Below, one piece after another: positions 52,780-64,000 of a DNA stretch of 64,000 nucleotides. The position numbers and the translations under genes are program-made. The DNA comes from Octopus vulgaris (lineage: Eukaryota): positions 73,408,001-73,472,000 of the forward strand of contig OX597819.1 of assembly GCA_951406725.2 (NCBI GenBank), written 5' to 3'. Under the pieces are notes generated by a model. It worked only from the letters and a program-made list of their open reading frames with translations. It was not told the origin of the DNA and searched no databases. Each line of letters opens with the position of its first letter. The stretch's first letter is position 1.

Positions 52780-53619
52780 GTATATACACCCGCTTTTGCT
52801 GCCCTAGATTTTCTGTGGGAGGTTTAATACTAATCCTTTGGGACATACCAAATGTGTGTGTATAGACACAGATGTGTGCGTGTGTGAGCATATATATAGA
52901 CACGAGTGTGTGTGTGCATATATAGACATAGGTGTGTGTTGTATATATATATATATGTATGTATAGGCTCAGGAGTGGCTGTGTGGTAAGTAGCTTGCTT
53001 ACCAACCATATGGTTCCAGGTTCAGTCCCACTGCATGGCATCTTGGGTAAGTGTCTTGTGAGTGGATTTGGTAGACAGAAAGAAGCCCATTGTATATATA
53101 TACATGTTTGTGTGTCTGGTGTTTGCACCCCCCACCACTATCGCTTGACAACTGATGTTGGTGTGTTTACGTCCCCATAACCAAGCGTTTCGGCAAAAGA
53201 GACTGATAGAATAAGTACTAGGCTTACAAAGAATAAGTCCTAGGGTTGATGGCTGCAGTCAGATAACTGAAATAAAAAAAAAAAATTAATACACACACAT
53301 CTGTGTCTGTATTTATAAACACAGGTGTGTTTATATATATATAGATACAGGTGTTTGTATATAACACAGGTGTGCATGTGTGTGTGTGTGTGTATATATA
53401 TATATTTGCATATATATATATATATTGGTGTTTGTATATATGTATTGACACAAGTGTGTCTGTGTATACATATATATATAAACGTGTGTGCGAATAGACA
53501 CAAATGTGTGTTTATATATGTGGACATAGATGTGTGTGTGTGTGTATAGCCTCAAATGTTTGTATATATATACATACATATACACAACTGTATGGGTATA
53601 TATATATATATATATATAT

Positions 53620-53665
53620 ACACGGAATTTTGAGCAACTATATATAGTTGCTCAAAATTCCGTGT
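53620..53665. repeat. Perfect 46-bp palindrome
   Basis: ACACGGAATTTTGAGCAACTATA|TATAGTTGCTCAAAATTCCGTGT. Confidence 0.97.
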
Positions 53666-54790
53666 GTCACAAAAAACCCTGATGCACTTATATTAGGTAA
53701 TAGATTGCCTATATTTTTTTATATTTAATCACAAATTGGTAATCTGGCTATTATAAGCACGTGCAAGTGGGTAAAAAAAAAATGAAAAAATGCATGTATA
53801 GCCTGACACTTGCACACCTGAACATCACAAGGAAAGACAAAGTCAGGAGGAACAGTTTCATTATAGAGAAAAGCTGAGCTTTTTTGCAAGAAACTGAGAT
53901 ATTGGTGCAATAATCCATGCACTGGTTTGGTGTGGTACCAGTAGTTGGGGGTAGATGGCATTCTAAGATAGCTTGTACCTAAAGCTAACACAAAAGGGAT
54001 TAACATTGATACCTGATGGCTGGACTACAGCAGGTGAGTAGTGAAGATACTGGAGGACATCAATGATGTGCATTCAGTTGTAGTTATTTAGGATTCCACC
54101 CAAGATATTTCAAGTGGAGTCATTGTCCATTGCTGACGATTATCACACACACACACAGGCGTGTGTGTGTTAACTAGAGGAGTTCTGTGTCCAATCCATG
54201 ATGTTTTTGCATGGCTTCTGTTGAGGAAAAGGATACAAAAAAAAAATAAAACCATGTTGTACTAGGCTGTAGAAACACAATTTATCTATAAATATATTTC
54301 TTGTATAAATGCCTGTGTATACGCACACACACACACTCTGTATCTTTTACTTGTTTCAGTCATTAGATTGTGGCCATGCTGGGGCACTGCTTTGAAGGAC
54401 TTTAGTTGAATGAATTGACTCCTGTACATATTATTTTTTCAAAGCCTGGTACTCATTTTATGCCTTTGCCAAACCACTAAGTTACAGGGACAGAAACACA
54501 CCAACACCAGTTGTCAAGCAGTGGTGGGGGACAAACACCAACACACATGCATACATACATACATATATATATATGCATACATATACATTGGCCTTCTTTC
54601 ATCATCATCATTTAATGTCTGCCTTCAATCTACCAAACCCATTCCCAAAGCTTTGGTTAGGCTGAGGCTATAGTAGAAGGTGCTTGCCCAAGGTGCCATG
54701 CAGTGGGACTGAACCTGGAACCATGTGGTTGGGAAGCAAACTTCTTACTACACAGTCATGCCTGTACCTGTATGCATATTACACACACTG

Positions 54791-55112
54791 AAAGCACATG
54801 GCTCAATGGTTAGAGCATGGGGCTTACAATCATGGGGCTGTGATTTCAATTCCCAAACCAGACTGTAGGTTGTGTTCTTGAGCAAGACACTTTATTTCAC
54901 GTTGCTCCAGTTCACTCAACTTTAGAAATGAGTTGCGACATCACTGGTGCCAAGCTGTATCAGCCCCTTTGCCTTTCCCTTGGATAATATCAGTGGTGGG
55001 GAGAAGGGAGGCTGGTATGCATGGGTGACTGCTTACCTGGACTTTTGCCTTGGAGGGGAATTTTCTAGGGGCAATCCCATGGTCATTTGTGACTGAAGAG
55101 GGTCTTTACCCT
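54791..55112 (+). mobile_element. SINE family C
   Basis: tRNA-like head GCACATGGCTCAATGGTTAGAGC; central CTTGAGCAAGACACTTTATTTCACGTTGCTCCAG shared with 12338-12550. Confidence 0.7.
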
Positions 55113-57154
55113 TTTATGACACATTCTGTTATTCTTTTACTTGTTTCAGTCATTTGACTGCGGTCATACTGGAGCACTGCCGTTAGTCGAATCAAATCGA
55201 CCCCAGGACTTATACTTTGTACACCTAGTACTTATTCTATCGGAACTGCTAAGTTAAGGGGATTTAAACACACCAGCATCAGTTGTCAAGAGATGTTGGG
55301 GGGACAAACACATATACACATACACACACACACACATATATACATACATATATACGGCGGGCTTCTTTCAGTTTCCGTCTACCAAATCCATTCACTAGGC
55401 TTTAGTCGGCCAAAGGCTATAGAAGACACTTTCCCAAGGTGCCACACAGTGGGACTGAATCCTGAACCATGTGGTTGGTAAGCAAGCTACTTACCACACA
55501 GCCACTCCTACGATATATTTTTGCATTCACACACACACATACATGCATGTATTTAATGTGTATATTATGTATGCAAGGTTCCAAGTTCAGTTTCATTGCA
55601 TGCCATTTTGTGTAAATGCCTGCTAGTTGTGAGTAGATCCTGTAGACAAACCGAAAGAAATCTGTTGTATGTATTCGTGTGTGTGTGTATGTATGTTTGT
55701 ATGTTTATATCTCCTAATTGCTGTTATGCATTAATTATAAAACAAGTCAACATCATGCCAGCAATGTCGTCCCTTGTTTTCTAGCTTCCCTGTAAAACAT
55801 GTTCAGCCATAGGGAAATATTATTCCACTTAGTAACAAGTGAGGGTTGGCCATATGAGCTCCAGTTGAACCCATGCAAGCAGAGAAAGTGGCTGTTAGAA
55901 AGCGATGACAATACCCCCCAGTGCACCCCACATATGCTTATCAATCTTCCCATCAACAGGTGTGACTGTTGATTCTCAACGACACACATATATGATGGCG
56001 TTCTTACAGTTTTCATCTACCAATTCTACTCGCAAGATTTGGATTGGCTTGGGGCTACAATAGAAGATAGTTGCCTAAGGTGCCATAGAGTGGGACTGAA
56101 CCCCAGATCGCCTGGTTGGCTTCTTAACTAGAGCCGTGCCTGTAGTGTGTATGTGTAACTGGCACTCCATTGGTTATGATGATAAAGGTTCCAGTTGTTC
56201 CGATCAATGGAACAGTCCTCTGACTGGTTGCACTCAAGTCAAACCACCCATCTGATGCAAGTATAGAAGCTGGACATTAAATGGTGACAATATAGAGACT
56301 TAGGTGTGCACTAATCCATCAATTTAGTGTAATTTTTCCTGAATATATGCTCACCATTATTCAAATGTTTTCAATATTTTGTTTGTGTTAAGGTGTTGAG
56401 CTGGCAGAAATGTTAGCACAGCGGGTGAAATGCTTAGCAGTATTTCATCTGTCATTATGTTCTGAGTTCAAATTCTACCAACGTCGATTTTGCCTTTCAT
56501 CCTTTTGCGGGGGGTCAATAAATCAAGTACCAGTTGCGTACTGTGGTCGATCTAATCAACTGGCTCCTTCCCCAAAATTTTGGCCTTGTGCCTAGAGTAG
56601 AGAAGAATATTTTGTTAGTGTGCCGGGCGAAATAGTTATTGGTATTTTGTGTGCCTTTATGTTCTGAGATCGACTTTGCCTTCCATTCTTTTGGGGTCGA
56701 TAAATTAAGTACCAGATGTGTACTGGAGAGTGGAGTGATGTAATTGACTGGTCCCCTCTCCAAAAATTTCGGGCCTTGGCAGAGTTGTTAGCATGCTGGG
56801 CAAAATGCTTAGCGCCATTTCGTCCGTCTTTATGTTCTGAATTAAAATTCTGCTGAGATTGACTTTGCCTTTCATCCTTTCGGGGTTGATAAAATAAGTA
56901 CAAGTTGAGTACTGGGGTGTGGGTGTAATTACTTGCCTTGTGCCAAAAATCTGAAATCAGTATTCTGTTTGTGTGCACTGACTATAATTGGATTTATGGT
57001 AGGCATGGTTGTGTGGTTAAGAAGTTTGCTTTCCAACCCAGTTCAGTTCTACTGAGTAGCAGAAGTGTCTTTTACTGCAGCCTTAGATTGATCAAAGCCT
57101 TGTGAGTGGATTTGGTAGGCAGAAGCTGAAAGCCCATCGATTGTATGGTTGTAT

Positions 57155-57307
57155 CACTAGTGTAACTAGAGTGTGTGCTGCCTGGGGTGGCCCTTCTGTT
57201 TGCCACCTCCAGTCCCCTCAAAAATCACATACAGCAATAGCCTACAACAGGATGAAAAATGCCACCTGGGGTGTACTGCCCCTACCGTCCGCCCAGCTAC
57301 ACTAGTG
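57155..57307. mobile_element. 153-bp MITE nested in a SINE
   Basis: TIR CACTAGTGTAACT ... AGCTACACTAGTG (12/13); subterminal G(C/T)C(A/G)CCTGGGGTG-like repeats. Confidence 0.7.
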
Positions 57308-59514
57308 GTGTGTGTGCATGCATGTCTCCTTGTCTGGACATCATGCAGTTACGACTCACCCTTTTTAAAAACTTTATTTCCATGGATTATTAACATCAAT
57401 GGCTTTCCAATACATTCGTTGGCTGTTTTAATTCCCTAAGCTACAGATATCGCTCCAGCCAATGAAACAAAGCATTCAGTCATCATTTCAAGCCCTTATT
57501 TTTTACTTGTTTGTCATTAGACTGTGGTCATGCTGGGGCAAATGAATCACCCCTCCCCCAGTGCTTTTTTTACAAGCCTGCTACTTATTCTGTTGGTATC
57601 TTTTGCCGAAATGCTAAGTTACGTGTACGTAAGCACACCAACATCAGTTGTCAAGCATTGGTTGGGGGACAAACACACACACGTGTGTGTGTGTATATAT
57701 ACGACAGGCTTCTTTTAATTTCCGTTTACCAAATCCACTCACAAGGCTTTGGTTGGCCCAAGGCTATTGTAGAAGAGATTTTCTTAAGGTATTATGCAGT
57801 GGACTGACCATAGGGCCATGTGGGACTGACCCTGGGGCCCTTAAATTTAGGGCTTCACAAGTAACATTGATAACCTGAAGAGAACGGTTATAACTGAGAG
57901 ATTTATTTTTGTGGGATAGTGATGATGTGGTTGATTTGGCTATTTCCAAAATAAGAAATGGACAGATTAATTAATGAAATAAATAAAACGGAGAAAAGTG
58001 ATTAATTTCTGATGATTGAACTGATAATGAAATCTTAAAAAGAAAAAAAAAACTCATTTTTCTTCTTTTTTTTATGATATACACCTAATTTATCATTTTC
58101 TCTCTCTCTCTCTCTCTGTGCAAGTTATCAATTTGTATCATAGCATCATCACCACCACCTTCTTCACTAGCATTGCTGCTGCCACCAACACCATTACCAT
58201 TGTCACCTCCTCCATCACCAACTCCACCATGTCTACCACCACCAACATCCTGATCCGTTTCGAGTCAGTCTTGGAAAGGGGGAGATTAAGATTAGACCCA
58301 TTGGAAAACTCTAGTTTTTGTGGAAATACTGAAAGAAGGGGGAAGAGGGGTGGTTCCAATGGGATCCTTTTGATCATGTTGGTTCAATGAAGGGAAGACC
58401 AGTTTAAAGAGGAGGGGTACGCCATCTGTTAATTTTTTATTTTTTATTTTTCCTGGTTTATTCTTAGTCACAACTTTTTCATCTCGTCAATAAAAATTCA
58501 TTTTTCCAACAAAATCTAAAAAAAACATCCCTGAAAATAAAGAAATGAAGATAAATATAAACAAACAGGACCTTCCCTCCTAACAAACTCTGTGTGTGTG
58601 TGTGTGTGTGTGTGGTAATTATATAATTGTGTATATGTAATTATACTTTTGTATGTATATGTGTGTATAATTGTATTTATGTGCAATTATATTTGTGTGT
58701 GTATGTGTGTAATTGTGTTTGTGTGTAATTGCGTGTGTGTGTAATTGTGTGTGCGTGCATGTGTAATTGTGTATGTGTGTGTGTTGAGCTGACTGCTGCC
58801 CAGGCTGTTATTGCTTTTCTTCTTTCTTTATTTCAACTTAAAAACTGTAGATTCACTTAATTGGTATTTCCGCCTCTCAACCAGATTGAAACAGAAATAG
58901 AAGACAGAAAACTGGGTCTTCAGTTTAGTTGGTAGCAGATAACTGACCATTTCAATGCGGTTGACTGGTTTAACAGGGATGGTGGTGAGGGCGTGTGTTA
59001 TGTGTGGGGGACACAGTGTGTAGGTGTGTGCATTACGGTTTTGATAAGTTAGTGTGGCTATATGTGTGTGTTTGTGTGTGGCCAGGCATGGTCCCTTTCG
59101 TTACTGTATTTATTTTGAGATGCTCTGTGTTTCTTTCAATTACTTTAAATATAACAAAGAATTTAGTAAAATAACTTAGTTATCATGAAGCTAGTGTTAG
59201 GAACATAAATTGTGACTAAGGTTTGGCGAAAGATTTTAATTCAAAACTTATGAAAACAAGACATTTGTACTCAGAGCCAGTTCGGTTGGTAATGTATGTT
59301 TGCTTGAACAAATAGCTTGAAGTTGTTTGTGTCCAAACAAACAGTCTCTCTCGCACTCACTCAGTGACAAAGTCTTCACCAATTATTAGATACAGAGATC
59401 AATAAGACTTTTATCTTTTACTGGTTTCAGTCATTAGACTGTGCCCATGTTGGGGCAACCCCTTGAAGAATTATTAGTTGAATGAGTCAATCCCAGTTCT
59501 ATTGATTTTTTTTC

Positions 59515-60085
59515 TTGCCCACTGTGGTCTTCCCATATGAAGCAACTGATTATGAAAGTGGAAGCACTCTAGAGGTCAATAACAAGAAAGATAGATGGCA
59601 TGAGAGGCATTGACTATTGGGGTCAACTAAAAAACTCAATCTCTATTCTCTACAACACTGCTGGGAGCGCTACATCATTTGTGTGATGTGGAAAATATTC
59701 CATCAATATTGCACAAATGATGTTGGCATCAATTTTAAAATCCATCCAAGACTTGGCCCCCGTGCTATCTGCCCACTACAAAAATTGAACCCAAGACACA
59801 TAACAACATTACGTTACAACTACTTTACCTCAATCAGTTCAGCTCTCTTTAATACCAAAATATGTCAAAACGGAAACGGATCCCATAAAATTCCAAAGTT
59901 CACTTGAGAAATTTCTTCAAAAAATCCCGGACCTTCCTCCTACACCTGGATATGTCTCCAACAGTAATAACTCTTTGCTAGAGTGAGCCATGGTGCCCCA
60001 TATACGACTAAAGATTTCACCAGGTGGTGCTATTAAATTAAACATGGCCTGGGCTTATACTGGCCAAAACCTATCAAAGTTACCT
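59515..60085 (+). mobile_element. CR1-group LINE family 2, 3' fragment
   Basis: KKLNLYSLQHCWERYII..WKI; tail CCAGGTGGTGCTATTAAATTAAACATGGCCTGG nearly identical to 36580-36616(-). Confidence 0.85.
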
Positions 60086-60955
60086 ATTCTGTCGGTCTCT
60101 CTTTTGCTGGACTAAGTTAAGGGGATGTAAACAAACTAACATTGTGAAGCCTGACTAGAGCTTCAACTGTGAAAGCCATGCTCTTATTAGTGAAATCAGG
60201 GCAGCTTTATCAATCAGACTTTCAGTTAATTGCATTGTGTATACAGAGGTGCAGGCATGATTATTGGGGTTAAGAAGCTTGCTTTGCAACCATGTGGTTT
60301 TGGGTTCAGTTCTCCTGTTTGACATCTTGAGCAAGTGTGGTCTACTGTGGTCCCGAGCAGGCTTATGCCTTTTTGAGGAGTTGATATCAGTTTTTAGAAT
60401 GTTACCTGTGATAGAGTGGATGTCTTTCATTCTTGATTTGATCAACAGCAAAAAAAATTCGAGTGAAAAGTCTGTTACAGCCTTAGAGACATTCAATACT
60501 GTAGGGGTGTGAGTGTGTATGACATAGACTAGGTCAGATTTTAAGGTATGTCTGATAAGTCTACGGTTTCTTTTCTTTGTTAACGCTGATGGCTGAACAT
60601 ACAGGTTTCAAATTTGACCTAGATTATTGTAAGTGAGCAGCAACTGGTAGAAAAATAATATTTTAACTTTCTTTCATTAGAAATGACATAATAAGTTTTT
60701 TTTTCTTTAGTATGTTTCTTCTCATGCTTTGTGTGTGTGTTCTTTTCTGTACAAATAGCTTATTCAGTGTTATGAATGGCTGAAATAAATAATTTCATAG
60801 TCCCCCACTCTGTGACACCTTGGGTAAGTATCTCCCACTATAGCCCTAGGCCAATCAATTCCTTACAAGCGAGTTTAGTGGATGGAAACTGAGTGGAAGT
60901 TCATCATTATCATCATATATGTATATATATGTGTGTGTGTATGTGTGTGTATATG

Positions 60956-60994
<39 letters not shown>

Positions 60995-62942
60995 ATGTAA
61001 TGAGTGTGTGTGTATGTAATGAGTGTGTGTCTGTTTGTCGCCCCACTGGGAAACCAGTGTTTGTGTTTTTATGCCCCTGATGGTCTAGCAAAAGAGCCGG
61101 ATAGAATAAATACTAGGCTTAAGAAAAAAAGAACAAAGTCCTGGGGTCAATACATTCGACTAAAATCCTTCACAGTGATTCCCCAGCATTGTAAGAGGTC
61201 TATGTTTCTCTCTTGGTTGTCTCAGTTTCTATGCTCAGATGCCCTTCCCAACACCTATCACTTTACACTGTGTACTGAGTACATTTGCCATCACCAGACA
61301 GGTTGTCTGCTCTCGACTAGATCAAAGAATCATCTCAAGTGCTCTTTGTCTCTGCCTGATTTGCCAACCACTTTACAGAGAGTACTGGGTGCCAGTATTT
61401 TTAGCAGCTCCACCACCGGTCAACTCACAAGACTAAAGATCCTTTACAACTCCGAGAGGGTTAATGACTGAAACTGAGCTTGAAACAGGGCGTTTAGAGG
61501 GGTGGACGAAAGGGGTATGTTTATTATTGTGAGTAAGTGGAAGTGGAAGGAGGTGAGGACTAACAAAAGAGACAGTTTTGGGTGGAGGAGTAGTGAGAGA
61601 AAGAAAGAAGACAATGGCTAAATTGAGATAATCAGAAAATGATCCAATAAAGGTGAATACGGAGCTGTTGTAGGAGTGGTGTGTAATCACTGAATGAAAT
61701 GAGAGATTTTAATGGTTTGTGCCCTCATGCCCCACTTGGTAACCAAACTCCGCCTCCGACATTTTAGATATCAAATACAGCAACCATTAATATGCAGCAT
61801 GTTATTCATTTATACCCAACTTTTCTACCTTTCATCTTTTATTTGTTTCAGACAGTGGCCATGCTGGGGCACTGCCTTGAAGAATTTTTAGTTAAACGAA
61901 TCAATATCAGTACTTTTTTTTTTTTGCTGAATTGCTAAGTTACAGGGATGTAAACACACCAACACTGGTTGTCATGTGGTGGTGGACACATGCGTACACA
62001 CACACACACACACATGTATATACTTACACATGATGGGCTTCGTTCAGTTTCCATCTTCCAAATCCACTCACAAGGCTTTGGTCAGCTTGAGGCTATAGTA
62101 GAAGGCACCATGCAATGGGACTGAACCCAGAGCCTTGTGGTTTGGAAGCAAGTTTCTTACCACACAGCCACACCTCTGTTTATTTCACATTTTCTGGAGT
62201 TTATTTTGTTGCCACCATGCAGCATAGAATGGCACATTCTGTGCTGTGCTCTGCTCTGTTGTGGTTCCACATCTTTAGTGTAGTAGATGAAGATTACATA
62301 TTTTAAGATACCATCAAACCCCATACTTGACTGGTCCTTAATTTTACAAATGCTGAGAGGATGAAAGGGAGAGTTGACTTGGCAGAATTTGAACTCAGAA
62401 CATAGAGGAAATGCTTTTTCTGTGTTTATTCTGATGCTCTGACGGTTCTACCAATCTACTGCCAATAATGATTATTTTAAAGGTGGTGAGCTGGCAGAAT
62501 CGTTATCATGCTGGGCAAAATGCTTAGCAGTATTTCGCCTGTCTTACGTTCTGAGTTCAAATTCCGCCGAGGTCGACTTTGCCTTTCATACTTTGGAGGT
62601 GGGGGGGTCGATAAATTAAGTACCAGTTGCATACTGGGGTCAATATAATCGGCTGGCACCCTCCCCCAAAATTTCGGGCCTTGTGCCTAGAGTAGAAAAG
62701 AATAATGATTATTTTAATGATGATGATAATGACGACGATCCTTTCTACCATAAGCACAAGGCCAGGAATTTTTGGGTAATGGGATGAGTCAATTACATTG
62801 ACCCAGTACGCAACTGGTACTTATTTTATTGACGCTGAAAGGATGAAAGTCAATTAGTCTCAGTTGAATTTGAACTCAGAACGTAAAGAGCTAAAACAAA
62901 TGTTGTTGAGTATTTTGCCCAGTGTGCTGCCAGCTCACTGCC

Positions 62943-62985
<43 letters not shown>

Positions 62986-64000
62986 TAATAATGGTTTCAA
63001 ATTTTGGCACAAAGCCAGCAATTTCATGGGAGCGTAACCCTGAAACGATGGAAAGCAAAATCGACCTTGGAGGAATTTGAACATTTTGCCTGGCATGTTA
63101 ACAATTCTGCCAGCTTGCTGCCTTAATAATAATAATAATGATAATGATAATCCTTTCTACTGGGAGCATAAGGCCTCACATTTGGGGAAGGGGGCTAGTC
63201 GATTACATCGACCCCTGTGCATAACTGGTACTTATTTCATCGACCCCAAAAGGATGAAAGACAAAGTCGATCTTGGCTGAATTTGAACTCAGAATGTAAA
63301 GACAGGCGAAATACTGCTAAAAATTTTGCCCGGCATGCTAACGATTCTGCCAATACACTGCCTTAAATAATAATAATAATAATAATAATGATGATGATAA
63401 TGATAATAATAATGATGATGATAATGATAATAATAATAATGATAATAATAATAATAATGATATAATGATAATAATAATAATAATAACAATAATATTGTTG
63501 CACATGTTTTTGTGTTTGGTTGTTTGTTCCTTTCAGCTTTATTGACAAAAAACAAGCAAAAAGAAAGGTTGCTGATGCATAAAACTACTTTTGTTGTTTT
63601 GCAAGTTTATATTCCTAATGAATGGCGGGTTAATCAAATTTGCATCCACCACCCTCTTGTTATTAAAATAATGATTTTCTTTGACTTGCCACAAAGCCAA
63701 TTTAGTGTGTGTGTGGGTGTAGTCAGGGGAAAGGATAGCCAATGGAATTGGCCCCCACCTCTTCCTTTTTCGCAGTGTGTTATTTCTACATATTTTATCG
63801 ACCATCCAACTAGGATGAAAGGCAAATATAGATCTTCGTTCTCCTTGCTGAAATTTTACTTCAAAACTCAGTAAAAGTGCTTACTGAAGTGTGTCGATCT
63901 TTTGAGAAAATATTTTAGATATCTATGCTTGGATAAAGATTTACATATGTGTGTATATGTATGTATCATCGTTGTCATCATTGCACATCCCTTTTCTATG

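Noticed and set aside
53666-54130. Possible Tc1/mariner 5' remnant after the palindrome
   Set aside because: No second TIR or readable transposase motif found
55092-55112. CTGAAGA hammerhead-like core
   Set aside because: No GAAA after the stem; it is the family C SINE tail

Overview
AT-rich, repeat-saturated animal DNA. The (TA)n/(AAT)n/(CAT)n microsatellite load and the SINE/LINE families point to an octopus genome (inferred from the repeat landscape). Nearly all ORF-track entries are microsatellite or repeat artefacts. The one long intact ORF (44767-47790, minus, 1007 aa) is the APE-endonuclease/RT ORF2 of a young CR1-group LINE inserted in a (TA)n tract. Around it are decayed CR1-group, RTE (with a PHD finger) and CRE-type LINEs, maT/mariner/hAT transposons, MITEs, three tRNA-derived SINE families and two Penelope-type hammerhead motifs. 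A likely host-gene start lies near 49.6-50.6 kb: an overlapping CRE/CLEAR motif, a uORF and a 52-nt first coding exon with a perfect donor. Most notable: (1) LINE ORF2 has no AUG before its first catalytic motif, but an A_AAU_UUU slippery site in the overlapping ORF1 shifts -1 exactly into it; (2) fold-back inverted duplications sit at the 5' junctions of the LINE and of a SINE, plus a perfect TA-centred palindrome; (3) a structured 3' tail with compensatory base changes is shared by LINEs and a SINE; (4) a hammerhead carries a non-canonical CUGUCGA core. Boundaries of decayed repeats are approximate; all alignments were done by eye.
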